DNA from: Luminiphilus sp.
GTDB taxonomy: Bacteria > Pseudomonadota > Gammaproteobacteria > Pseudomonadales > Halieaceae
Reading direction: 5' to 3'
DNA: 64,000 bases
NCBI GenBank assembly: GCA_965657905.1
Contig: CBFHPT010000002.1
Location: 218,470 to 282,469, forward strand
Numbering within the stretch: position 1 is the stretch's first letter; the number at the start of each line of letters is the position of its first letter. A program made the position numbers and the translations under genes. Shown here piece after piece: positions 23,793 through 34,954 of the stretch. The notes beneath the pieces were generated by a model that saw only the letters and a program-made list of their open reading frames with translations, was not told the origin of the DNA and made no database searches.

Positions 23793-25165
23793 CAGAAGAA
23801 TCCAAATCCAACGGCAAACAGGCGCTCGATCTCGGCGATGTGATTGCGATCAATCAGGAACAGAATGAGGTGGTCGTCGTGTTCAACCACCACGTGGCTG
23901 TGTGCAATGATGACCTCTTCGCCACGCAAAATAGCACCGACCGATACTCCGGCGGGGAGTTCGAGTTCATCTAGTCGTCGTCCGACAACCTTCGAGGATT
24001 TCATATCTCCATGAGCAGTCAGTTCGATGGCTTCTGCGGCGCCGCGCCTCAGAGAATGTACATTGCTGATATCCCCGCGCCGCACGTGGGTTAGCAAGCT
24101 GCCGATCGTGATTTGCTGCGGCGAGATGGCGATATCAATTTCCTGGCCCACTAAATCTGCGTATGCCGAATTAGTGATGAGGGTGATCACTTTCTTAGCA
24201 CCCATCCGTTTGGCGAGCATCGACATCATGATGTTCGATTCGTCGTTGTTAGTGAGTGCGCAGAACACATCGGTGTTCTCGATATTTTCCTGGCTCAGTA
24301 GCGCAGGCTCCGCGGCGCTGCCATGTAAAACGATGGTTTCTTCGAGCAATTCCGACAGCATTCGGCAGCGATCGTAGGATAGCTCCAATACTTTGACCTG
24401 GTAGTCCCGCTCGAGACGACTCGCCAAGGTTGCGCCGATGTTCCCGCCGCCGGCAATCATGACCCGTTTATAGGGTTTGTCTATCTTGCGCAGCTCTGAA
24501 GTGACTGCGCGTATATTTTCTCGTGCAGCGATAAAGAACACTTCGTCTTCCGGTTCGACGACCGTATCGCCCTCGGGAATAATCGCCTGCGACCGGCGAA
24601 AAATCGCTGCCACCCGGGTATCAATCTTGGGCATATGCTGTCGGATTTCTTGAAGTTGTCGCCCAACAATTGGCCCGCCTTCAATAGCGCGCACGGCAAC
24701 AAGCCGAATGCGGCCATCGGCGAAATCGACTACCTGAAGTGAGCCGGGATTTGCGATGAGTTGTTCGATGTTATTAGTGACCAGTTGTTCGGGGCCAATC
24801 ACGTAATCGACAGGAATCGCTCCGGGCTTAAAGAGTGCTTCTCCCTGATCAAGATAATTCGCTGAGCGAATCCGGGAAATTTTGGTGGGTGTTCGAAACA
24901 GCGTGAAGGCCACCTGGCACGCGAGCATGTTGATCTCATCGCTGTTGGTCACCGCAATCAGAAGATCGGCATCTTCCGCACCCGCATTTAATAGGGTAGT
25001 GGGGTGTGCCGCATCCCCCTGCACGGTACGAATATCGAGCCGCTCCTGGAGGGCACGCAAGGTATTTGGTTGACTATCGACGACGGTGATGTCGTTTTGC
25101 TCATCGGCCAGATGTTCAGCAAGCGTGCCGCCAACCTGTCCCGCACCAAGAATGATAATTTTCAC
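23792..25165 (-). CDS. trkA: Trk system potassium uptake protein TrkA
   Basis: A 457-aa ORF with two RCK/NAD-binding repeats (MKIIILGAGQVGGTLA and VMIAGGGNIGATLA). Confidence 0.93.
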   Translation of the reverse strand: MKIIILGAGQVGGTLAEHLADEQNDITVVDSQPNTLRALQERLDIRTVQGDAAHPTTLLNAGAEDADLLIAVTNSDEINMLACQVAFTLFRTPTKISRIRSANYLDQGEALFKPGAIPVDYVIGPEQLVTNNIEQLIANPGSLQVVDFADGRIRLVAVRAIEGGPIVGRQLQEIRQHMPKIDTRVAAIFRRSQAIIPEGDTVVEPEDEVFFIAARENIRAVTSELRKIDKPYKRVMIAGGGNIGATLASRLERDYQVKVLELSYDRCRMLSELLEETIVLHGSAAEPALLSQENIENTDVFCALTNNDESNIMMSMLAKRMGAKKVITLITNSAYADLVGQEIDIAISPQQITIGSLLTHVRRGDISNVHSLRRGAAEAIELTAHGDMKSSKVVGRRLDELELPAGVSVGAILRGEEVIIAHSHVVVEHDDHLILFLIDRNHIAEIERLFAVGFGFF

Positions 25166-25302
25166 CGGCTCACCTACCTCCTAAACCGCGCAACGCCACC
25201 TTAAACAAAGCGTAACAACATGGTAAGACCTGCTCTCTGTAACCTTTTTACGTATTTCGATAGGTCGGTCTAACCACGCTGACTCAGGCACTTGTATGGC
25301 CA

Positions 25303-26601
25303 TCACGGCAACCCGCGTTCGAGCAGTGCAAAATAGAGACCATCCCCACCCTCGGGGTTGGGTAATCGCTGGATACCCAGCTCGGTCTTAATGGTGTCCG
25401 GGGCGCTGATTTCACCGACCACGCAGTCGGCAACTGTCGTCAAGAAACCCCTGACGATGGCGTCGTTTTCTTCTTCAAGCACGGAGCACGTGACATACAA
25501 CAGTCGGCCGCCAGGCTTCAAGGTAGGCCAGAGTCCTTGCAAAATTGCGTGCTGTTGGATGGTGAAATGTTCAATATCCTCGGCGTGGCGATGCAGCTTG
25601 ATGTCGGGATGTCGACGGATAACACCCGTTGCCGAGCAAGGCACATCGGCAAGAATAGCGTCGAAGCGAGCATCTCCAAAGAGCGTTGAGCCTTGAGCGG
25701 CATCGAGTGCGACCAGCGATAAGTCCAATCCGAGCCGATCACGGTTTTCAACAATGCGCCCGAGTCGAGACTCGCTGATATCGGCAGCTGTCAGGTCGAT
25801 CGATGGCTGAGTCTCCAGTAGGTGGCAGGCTTTTCCGCCCGGTGCTGCGCAGGCGTCTAGGATTTTCTCCCCAGCGGCGGGAGCGAGAAGAACGGCAGCA
25901 AGCTGGGCGCTCTCATCTTGAACACTCATTAGCCCCGTCGAGAAGCCCGGCAGGTCTTTTACGTCCCGAGGTGTGCTCAGGGTGATTGCGGACTCCACCT
26001 GAGCGCTTGTGGAACCCTCGATGCCCTCCTGGTTCAGGCGTTTAAGGCACTCAGCCCTTGTTGTTTTGCTGAGATTTACCCTCAAGGTCATCGGGGGGCG
26101 ATGACGAGCCGCACTAACCAGACGATCCCGATGTTCGGGCCACTGGGTGCCAAGTGTTTCGAATAACCAGTCGGGCATTGCCGCTTGAGAAGGGGGGGAC
26201 AGATTGGCTTCCAGCGATATGCTGTCGCGCTGATAGCTACGCAATACGCCATTAATGAGCCCTGTTGCCCAAGGTTTGCCGAGTTTACGAGCGATATTTA
26301 CCGTTTCGGATACGGCGGCGTGATCGGGAACTCGCATACCAGCAATCTGATGAAGCCCCATCAACATGAGGCTGTAGACGTCACTGTCTTTTGTTTTTAG
26401 GGGTTTTTTTAAAAGTTGTTGCGCGATGCCAGCAAGTCGTGGCCACTCTCGAAGTGTGCCGTAGACCAGTTCTTGGGCGAGTGGTCGTTGCGCGAGTGGG
26501 GTCTCGGGTAATTGGGCGGGTAATGCGGCGCCCAGTGACTCCCCTTTGGCTACTGCTGCCAACACCCGTGCCGCTACCCAGCGCGCACTTTTGTTGCTCA
26601 C
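25303..26601 (-). CDS. rsmB: 16S rRNA (cytosine967-C5)-methyltransferase RsmB (Sun)
   Basis: A 432-aa ORF with a NusB-like N-terminal domain and the SAM motif DACAAPGGK. It follows fmt with a 4-nt overlap. Confidence 0.92.
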   Translation of the reverse strand: MSNKSARWVAARVLAAVAKGESLGAALPAQLPETPLAQRPLAQELVYGTLREWPRLAGIAQQLLKKPLKTKDSDVYSLMLMGLHQIAGMRVPDHAAVSETVNIARKLGKPWATGLINGVLRSYQRDSISLEANLSPPSQAAMPDWLFETLGTQWPEHRDRLVSAARHRPPMTLRVNLSKTTRAECLKRLNQEGIEGSTSAQVESAITLSTPRDVKDLPGFSTGLMSVQDESAQLAAVLLAPAAGEKILDACAAPGGKACHLLETQPSIDLTAADISESRLGRIVENRDRLGLDLSLVALDAAQGSTLFGDARFDAILADVPCSATGVIRRHPDIKLHRHAEDIEHFTIQQHAILQGLWPTLKPGGRLLYVTCSVLEEENDAIVRGFLTTVADCVVGEISAPDTIKTELGIQRLPNPEGGDGLYFALLERGLP

Positions 26602-27581
26602 GCTTGCGCCGCAGCGTTGGCGGTAGCTGCGTTGAAGAACGTTTTGTCTGGAGCGATCAACGCGGCTTTTCCATTCAGCGCCTCGGCGATCGTTAAGGGT
26701 TTGCCCCCAGGAAACTGCAGTTTTTGAATGGCCAAGACGCCCTCACCACAGGCGACCTGTAATCCATCGCTGTTTGCCGCAAGCAGTGTGCCGGGTGGCT
26801 TTGGCGAATTGATGCTTGCGATCGCGACGGCTTCCCAAATTTTGACTCGGATCGTGTCGAGGTTGCTAAAACACACGGGTACCGGATTAAACGCCATAAT
26901 TTTACGAGCCAGCGAGGTAGCCGACTGGGACCAATCGAGATCACACTCGACTTTGGTCATCTTCGCCGCATAGGTAGCGAGGCTGTCATCTTGGGTTTTG
27001 GCCGCAGCAAGATGGGTCTCGAGATTATCGATGACATCGATAAGGGTCGTTGGGCCGATATCGACGAGCCGGTCGTGTAGCGAGCCCCCAGTCTCGTTGG
27101 GATTGAGTCGCAGCCGGCTCTCCGCAAGCATGGGTCCGGTATCGAGCCCGGCATCCATCTGCATAATGGTCACGCCGCTGTCATCATCGCCGGCTTCAAC
27201 TGCCCGCTGGATGGGTGCAGCGCCCCGCCACCGTGGCAACAGTGATGCATGGACATTGAGGCACCCAAAGCGAGGAATATCGAGCACCGCCTGGGGCAAA
27301 ATTAGCCCATAAGCCACGACGATCATTACATCGGCAGAAAGGTCCGTGAGCGATCGCTGAACGTCCGAGTCCTTCAGTGATGGGGGCTGGAGCACCAAAA
27401 GATTGGCCTCGAGGGCGCGACGCTTGACTGGCGATGGCAGGAGTTTCTTACCTCGGCCTGATGGGCGGTCGGGCTGGCTCAGCACAGCGACAATTTCGTG
27501 TTGGCTATTAATGAGCGCGTCGAGGTGACGTTCTGCAAAGTCTGGGGTGCCCGCAAATATCACCCTGAGGGGGCGCGGCAT
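26598..27581 (-). CDS. fmt: methionyl-tRNA formyltransferase
   Basis: A 327-aa ORF with the motifs RVIFAGTPDFA and HASLLPRWRGAAPIQRA, in the def-fmt operon order. Confidence 0.95.
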   Translation of the reverse strand: MPRPLRVIFAGTPDFAERHLDALINSQHEIVAVLSQPDRPSGRGKKLLPSPVKRRALEANLLVLQPPSLKDSDVQRSLTDLSADVMIVVAYGLILPQAVLDIPRFGCLNVHASLLPRWRGAAPIQRAVEAGDDDSGVTIMQMDAGLDTGPMLAESRLRLNPNETGGSLHDRLVDIGPTTLIDVIDNLETHLAAAKTQDDSLATYAAKMTKVECDLDWSQSATSLARKIMAFNPVPVCFSNLDTIRVKIWEAVAIASINSPKPPGTLLAANSDGLQVACGEGVLAIQKLQFPGGKPLTIAEALNGKAALIAPDKTFFNAATANAAAQA

Positions 27582-27583
27582 AA

Positions 27584-28090
27584 TCAGGCTTGCCGGCGGT
27601 GGGCTTTCTCGAGTTTCCCCCGAATCCGCTGTCGCTTAAGGGGCGAAATGTAGTCGACGAACAGCTTGCCTTCGAGGTGGTCAATCTCATGTTGTAAACA
27701 AATGGCCATGAGCCCGTCGAGCTCTTCCGTAAATGACTGCCCGTCGCGATCCAGCGCTGTCACGGTGATCTTTTTAGGACGATGAATCGTCTCGAAAAAT
27801 CCCGGCACCGATAAGCAGCCTTCATCATAGTCTCCAAGCTCGGGATCAATCACTTCGAATTCGGGGTTGATGAAAACCCAAGGATCATCTCGCCCCTCTG
27901 AAATGTCGATAACAATCACGCGCTCATGGACATCGACCTGCGAGGCGGCAAGTCCAATGCCGGGGGCGTCGTACATGGTGTCGAACATGTCATCGATGAG
28001 CGAGCGAATACGGTCGTCCACGACTGCAACCGGCTGGGCGACAGTGCGCAGTCGTGGGTCGGGAAACTCGAGTATGGGTAGCAGTGCCAT
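27584..28090 (-). CDS. def: peptide deformylase
   Basis: A 168-aa ORF with all three PDF motifs: [14 protein letters not shown] and HEIDHLEG. Confidence 0.96.
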   Translation of the reverse strand: MALLPILEFPDPRLRTVAQPVAVVDDRIRSLIDDMFDTMYDAPGIGLAASQVDVHERVIVIDISEGRDDPWVFINPEFEVIDPELGDYDEGCLSVPGFFETIHRPKKITVTALDRDGQSFTEELDGLMAICLQHEIDHLEGKLFVDYISPLKRQRIRGKLEKAHRRQA

Positions 28091-28324
28091 GGGTAATCCT
28101 GAATCGACATTCGAATCGCTCAGCCTGAAGATGGCAGCATTTGTGCTTGCCTCTGTCTCCAGCCGGGCTCAAACTGCGATTATAACGTGGCCTCGGGGTC
28201 TTCGTCCCGTGCGCCGTGCAACTTGCTTTCGCCTTGACCGGGCGGTGGGTCAAAAACTTAGGTATCCGGGAGCTAGCTTGTGAAAGTCTTTACTGAGAAT
28301 CCAGGTCTCCGATTCGGCGCGTCA

Positions 28325-29392
28325 ATGAAGGCGTTGTTCTCTGTTGTGCTCGCCGCGGTGTTGTTGCTCGTCGTTGCTAACCAAACAGCACTGGCGCAGT
28401 CGGATCGTCCCGATTACGTGGAGCTCAATGAAAACGTTCCCCTGACCTACATCGTGCAGAAGGGCGACACACTGTGGGCCATCTCCGGCATCTATCTGAA
28501 GGAGCCCTGGCGCTGGCCCGCGCTGTGGGACAGCAACCCCCAGATTGATAACCCGCACCTGATTTATCCGGGCGACGTGTTGGAACTGCGCTGGGAAAAC
28601 GGCCGTCCTCGCCTCGGTCTCGCCAGCCGCGGTGATGTAAAGCTGTCTCCGACCTTGCGAAGTGAAAGCCTCGATACGGCAATTCCCCCCATTCCTCGTG
28701 ACCAGATCGACCCATTTCTGCGTTCAAACCGCGTGATTGAACCGGGGATTTATGAAAATTTGGCTTACCTTATCGCGGGCGATGCGCAACGCATCATTAG
28801 TGGCGTTGGCGATCGCGTTTATGGGCGCGGCCCCATTGATGCCGCTGACCGAACGTTTTGGATCGTGCGTCAAGGTCCGCCCATCGTCGACCCGATAACC
28901 GGTGAGCTGCTTGGAATACAGGCGAGTGATATTGGTACGGCCTCTTTGCTGGCCGCAGAAACAACCGAATTTACAGATGTCGAAGTCAAAGAGTTTGAAG
29001 TCACGCGCATGACCGAAGAGGTTCGAATAGGCGATCGATTATTTCCCACAGAAGAAGGCATCCTGGACGCGTATTTCCAACCTAAAGCCCCTGATATCGA
29101 GATTGAGGATGGGTACATGGTCGCGGTTGATGGCGGTGTCACTCAAATCGGTGAAATGGACATCGTGATCATTAACCGCGGTGAGCGGGAAGGGCTAATG
29201 GTGGGCGACGTCATGGCGATCTTCCAGACTGGAGAGGTGGTTAAAGACCCCGTAGTCGGCGACATGGTGGCGTTACCCGACGTGCGTGCTGGTGTCGTAA
29301 TGTTGTTTTCGGTCTATGAGAAAGCCAGCTATGGGCTAGTGCTTACTGCGAGTCGCCCGCTGGCTGTGGGAGATAAAGTAAAGAACCCCTAA
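28325..29392 (+). CDS. LysM peptidoglycan-binding protein, TsaP-like (PA0020 family)
   Basis: ORF 28280..29392. The likely start is the ATG at 28325, which gives the signal peptide MKALFSVVLAAVLLLVVANQTALA. The LysM motif is YIVQKGDTLWAISGIYLKEPWRWPALWDSNPQIDNPHLIYPGDVLEL. It occupies the conserved position between def and dprA. Confidence 0.82.
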   Translation: MKALFSVVLAAVLLLVVANQTALAQSDRPDYVELNENVPLTYIVQKGDTLWAISGIYLKEPWRWPALWDSNPQIDNPHLIYPGDVLELRWENGRPRLGLASRGDVKLSPTLRSESLDTAIPPIPRDQIDPFLRSNRVIEPGIYENLAYLIAGDAQRIISGVGDRVYGRGPIDAADRTFWIVRQGPPIVDPITGELLGIQASDIGTASLLAAETTEFTDVEVKEFEVTRMTEEVRIGDRLFPTEEGILDAYFQPKAPDIEIEDGYMVAVDGGVTQIGEMDIVIINRGEREGLMVGDVMAIFQTGEVVKDPVVGDMVALPDVRAGVVMLFSVYEKASYGLVLTASRPLAVGDKVKNP

Positions 29393-29431
29393 CAAAAAAA
29401 GGCAAGCTTCGCTGGAGGGTAGCTGGCATGG

Positions 29432-29485
29432 TTCGGGTCAGTTCTTTAAGCGTGAACCACATACCACTGAGCTAGCCGACCCGAA
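29432..29485. other. 8-bp inverted repeat enclosing a tRNA-D-arm-like segment; not a functional tRNA by inspection
   Basis: TTCGGGTC (29432-29439) pairs with GACCCGAA (29478-29485). On the minus strand the interior reads GGCTAGCTCAGTGGTA..., like a tRNA 5' end, but no D-stem partner, anticodon arm or T-arm can be drawn. Confidence 0.3.
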
Positions 29486-29552
29486 TTCATGATCCTGGAG
29501 GGATCGTGATCGGCTTATATAAATTACAGTTTCGCTGCTCAAGGACGAGCTT

Positions 29553-30767
29553 ATGCCCCACTGCTTTGGACAGGATGTCCGCGCGGATTCCTCTTGGCTG
29601 ACTTTTCTCCAGTCAGGTTTACTCAATCACAGTGAACGCAATCGCTTGTTGTTAGCCGGGTTCGACCCGTTGCGGCCCCAAGCGATGGATGTCGCCAGTG
29701 AGAACGCAACGTTACGGCTTGAGCAACTTTGCGATCAGTTAGTAGCGCCCGCTATCAAGATCGCTAACGTTAGACATGCCAACCATTCGGTGTACCTGGT
29801 GCACCGGGGTGAGGCTGCCTATCCTCCGCTGCTGGCTCTGTGCGGCGACGCCCCCCCTGCCTTATTTATTGTTGGAGATCTTGATGCCTTGAATCAGCCC
29901 GCCGTCGCGATTGTCGGTACCCGCAATCCGTCCGCTGATGGATGCCGGGCCGCTGGCAATCTCGCGCGGGATTTGGCGAGGGCGGGGATTATCGTTGCCA
30001 GTGGCCTTGCGAAAGGAATTGATGGCAGTGCGCATCAGGGTGCCTTAAACGGCGGTGGACGAACGATTGCAGTTATGGCGACGGGTATCGATCGTGTCTA
30101 TCCTCGCCAACATGAGAAGCTAGTGCAGAGCATTGCGCGCCAAGGGGTACTGGTTTCTGAATTTCCTCCCGGGGCGGACCCTCAGCGATGGCATTTCCCG
30201 CGCCGAAATCGAACGTTATCGGGACTTACTCTAGGCACTGTCGTTGTTGAGGCTGGCTCGCCGAGTGGATCATTGATAACGGCAACCGCTGCCGCTGAGC
30301 AAGGCCGAGAAGTGTTTGCCTATCCGTGGTCGATCTACCACCAAGGTGGCGCGGGATGCCGCCAACTACTGGCGGAGGGGGCGCAGCTTGCTTGCGGCCC
30401 AAATGACGTGGTGCTGGGTTTGGAACACCTGCTATCAGCCACTTGTGAGTTCTTGCCCACTACCAACAAAGCGCCCAATGGTCATACGTTTACGTGCAAG
30501 CCGGAGCCTGAAAGTTCAGTGGCCTCGGGGTCGGGTAAGCAGCTTAGTATGCTGTCGAAATCCGATGACGCTGCCAATGAGCCAGAGGCGACTGATACAA
30601 AGGTGCTGTTGCAGCACTTGGGCGATGGCGAACTCTCCTTAAGTCAATTGATGGACTTGACCGGTGTTCCTGCCGCAGAATTGCGCGCGCGATTAAGCAG
30701 GATGGAACTCAGCGGCATGATTGTTGCCACAACACTGGGATACCGCGTCTGTGGACGGACAGATTAG
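29553..30767 (+). CDS. dprA: DNA-processing protein DprA (Smf)
   Basis: A 404-aa ORF with the Rossmann-like DprA core (VAIVGTRNPSADG ... GLAKGIDGSAHQGAL ... VVVEAGSPSGSLITA) and a C-terminal winged-helix domain. Confidence 0.92.
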   Translation: MPHCFGQDVRADSSWLTFLQSGLLNHSERNRLLLAGFDPLRPQAMDVASENATLRLEQLCDQLVAPAIKIANVRHANHSVYLVHRGEAAYPPLLALCGDAPPALFIVGDLDALNQPAVAIVGTRNPSADGCRAAGNLARDLARAGIIVASGLAKGIDGSAHQGALNGGGRTIAVMATGIDRVYPRQHEKLVQSIARQGVLVSEFPPGADPQRWHFPRRNRTLSGLTLGTVVVEAGSPSGSLITATAAAEQGREVFAYPWSIYHQGGAGCRQLLAEGAQLACGPNDVVLGLEHLLSATCEFLPTTNKAPNGHTFTCKPEPESSVASGSGKQLSMLSKSDDAANEPEATDTKVLLQHLGDGELSLSQLMDLTGVPAAELRARLSRMELSGMIVATTLGYRVCGRTD

Positions 30768-30841
30768 TTGCGTGAATCGGGGCTTTCGCCTCGCCGGACT
30801 ATTTTTACAAGGCTCGGTTTCACAAGTAGCAAGGAGGTTGT

Positions 30842-31399
30842 TTGCAACCGCAGGATTTCAGAACTCGACTTCTGGCTGACGAAATATCCGCAGAGGGCGT
30901 TGTAGCCTGCCCAGCAGAGGCGGTTTGGGGTCTCAGCTGCGATCCGTATTCGGAGTCGGCAGTGTTAGACCTGCTGGCTCTCAAAGGGCGTCCGGTCGAT
31001 AAGGGCCTGATTGTGGTTGCCGCTGAAATCTGGATGCTGGCACCGCTATTGGACGGTTTGCCCGATAGTCAGCGCAGTGCGCTTTCTTTGAGCTGGCCCG
31101 GACCCAATACCTGGTTGGTGCCTAATCAAGGTGTTTTTCCATTGTGGGTGACCGGGAATAGCTCTGAGGTTGCAGTGCGCATAACCTCTGCGCCTGCCCT
31201 ACGACGTCTCTCTTATGCCGTGGGTGGGCCGGTGGTTTCCACCTCTGCAAATCCAGCCGGCGTACCACCGGCGCGACACGGTTTTGAGGTGGTGAAGTAT
31301 TTTGGCGCTCAACTGCCACGCGCAGTGGGGTCGGTTGACCTGCAAGCTAAACCGTCGACAATACGACGCGCCGCTACCGGCGAGGTTGTGCGGTCATAA
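30842..31399 (+). CDS. tsaC: L-threonylcarbamoyladenylate synthase type 1 TsaC (YrdC)
   Basis: A 185-aa ORF with a TTG start and YrdC/Sua5 domain motifs (VVACPAEAVWGLSCDP, VSTSANPAG). Confidence 0.88.
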   Translation: MQPQDFRTRLLADEISAEGVVACPAEAVWGLSCDPYSESAVLDLLALKGRPVDKGLIVVAAEIWMLAPLLDGLPDSQRSALSLSWPGPNTWLVPNQGVFPLWVTGNSSEVAVRITSAPALRRLSYAVGGPVVSTSANPAGVPPARHGFEVVKYFGAQLPRAVGSVDLQAKPSTIRRAATGEVVRS

Positions 31400-31444
31400 A
31401 AGAATAAAGGGAAGCCGCGGGTATTACTGGCCAACTTCAGTTAA

Positions 31445-33261
<1,817 letters not shown>

Positions 33262-33423
33262 ACGGTGCATAGCTCGGTGCATTAACGGGCAGCAGAGATC
33301 GAGGCCCAAGTGGCAGGATAGATAGGCGCATAGAGTGGAGCGCCATGAGGCTCATCAACCCCAGGAGTGCCGACATGTTTTCGGAACCCCGAGGATATGA
33401 GCTTGGGTGCTTGGCGCCGCTTA

Positions 33424-34005
33424 TTAGTCAGGAGCCTCGGACTCGTCGGCGTCGTCCAAATAACGTTGCTTGAGGCGGACGTAATTGTCGGCGCTGTACT
33501 GAAGGAAATTTTGCTCGCTTTGTTTCAATGGCCGCATCGCTTTTGCTGGGCTACCACCGTAAAGAAAGCCGCTTTGCAGGTGTCTCCCCGGGGTCACAAG
33601 GCTGCCCGCCGCGATCATCACCTCATCTTCGACGACCGCGCCATCCATGATAATTGCACCCATGCCGATTAGAACGCGATTACCAATGGTGCAACCGTGA
33701 AGCACCGCTCGATGACCGACGGTCACATCAGTGCCAATCGCTAGGGGCCAGCCCTTGGGGTTGAACGTGCTCGCATGGGTGATGTGCAGCACTGAGTTGT
33801 CCTGAATGTTGGTGCGTGCACCGATCGTAATGCTGTGCATATCGGCGCGTATCGAGCAGTGCGGCCAAATACTGACATCATCGGCTAGGGTGATATCACC
33901 CAAAACAACCGCCGACGGGTCAATTAACACTCGAACGCCAAAGCGGGGCTGGTAGTCCTCGAAAGGGCGTGTATTGTCTGACGCTTGGTAACTCACTCCT
34001 GTCAT
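33424..34005 (-). CDS. gamma-class carbonic anhydrase-like / hexapeptide-repeat protein (YrdA family)
   Basis: ORF 33424..34011. The ATG at 34005 is preceded by GAGGA. It has left-handed beta-helix hexapeptide repeats and the conserved SIWPHCSIRAD ... NIQDNSVLH pattern. Confidence 0.85.
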   Translation of the reverse strand: MTGVSYQASDNTRPFEDYQPRFGVRVLIDPSAVVLGDITLADDVSIWPHCSIRADMHSITIGARTNIQDNSVLHITHASTFNPKGWPLAIGTDVTVGHRAVLHGCTIGNRVLIGMGAIIMDGAVVEDEVMIAAGSLVTPGRHLQSGFLYGGSPAKAMRPLKQSEQNFLQYSADNYVRLKQRYLDDADESEAPD

Positions 34006-34134
34006 GTGCACTTCCTCAACATTGAATGACCTGGAAATCTGCCCTCTGAGCGGAGTATTAAGATCCCACAGACTCCCCGCTTGTCGCGCAAGGCACTACA
34101 CTAATGCCCATACAGCGCGAGGTCCTATCCTGCC

Positions 34135-34404
34135 ATGACTGATACCACTACCCCAAAACCCCGTCGGTTTATAGCCGGCGCCGTTTGCCCCCGTTGCGGC
34201 ATCATGGACCGTATAGTGGTCAGTGGGGATGGCGAAGAGCGCTCCTGCGTTGAGTGCGGCTTTACTGATGGCCGACCTGGAGATACGCCGCAGGCGGTAC
34301 CTACTCGGGTGACGCGCGCGGCTGCACGGCGAACGGAGACCGCTCCAGAGCCCGTTCGCTTACTTGACCCTAGCAGGCCCACACCCGACGACAGCGGAGA
34401 ATAA
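34135..34404 (+). CDS. yheV: YheV-family putative zinc-ribbon protein
   Basis: An 89-aa ORF. RRFIAGAVCPRCG...SCVECGF matches the YheV pattern RFIAGAxCPxC...CVxCG. Confidence 0.75.
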   Translation: MTDTTTPKPRRFIAGAVCPRCGIMDRIVVSGDGEERSCVECGFTDGRPGDTPQAVPTRVTRAAARRTETAPEPVRLLDPSRPTPDDSGE

Positions 34405-34954
34405 TAGGGCGGACATTTATAGGACGGATATTAGGAACGATATTCGCCGAGGTGTTCTTTGCTGTGGTGATTGAGAAATAACGGCTTGGTTGTGTTGTCA
34501 GCGGAGCAGGGGGGTTGCTCGCGGCGTTGTCGTGGGATTGTCCTGATATAGTTGTTGTTTGTTGGGCATGGCTGCAGCGCAAGACTTGCCGAGGTAGGGC
34601 TGGTAATAATCTCCCTATGTAGTGGTTGAAGCCGCCAGAACTACAAGATGTGGTGTTTTGATCCAGTAGGACGCCCAGCAATTGTCCCAGATAACCCTAA
34701 AGCGTCAGTAAATAAGCCCCCTAACACTGTGATTTTGAAGGCGTTTAGCTATAATCCGCTCCGCAGAATCGTCACTCACTGATGATGGTCTGCAGTCAGG
34801 TTGGTTATTACGCGCAAGCGAATCTGCCGCCGACTGTTTCTGGGGGGAACGCCTTTGGGTTGTCGAGGCTCGTCATGCCTTTATAAAAAGGTAGGCGAGG
34901 CAACGTAAATCTATAAGGTTCATGGCCCCCGCGCACTGCTCTAGAGAGGCGGAG

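Noticed and set aside
28234-28253. TTGACC-N8-GGTCAA inverted repeat upstream of the TsaP-like gene
   Set aside because: It is a short 6-bp dyad in a divergent promoter region with no supporting context. It is too weak to call as an operator or terminator.
29401-29477. Possible 77-nt tRNA gene
   Set aside because: Only the first ~21 nt (minus strand) look tRNA-like. I could not draw a D-stem, anticodon stem or T-arm (there is no GTTCRANYC with a closing stem). It is kept only as a low-interest finding.
34370-34681. 103-aa minus-strand ORF in the yheV-coxB spacer
   Set aside because: It overlaps the 3' end of yheV, has no Shine-Dalgarno sequence, and has low-complexity T/P/S-rich content without motifs. 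The spacer is reported as non-coding instead.
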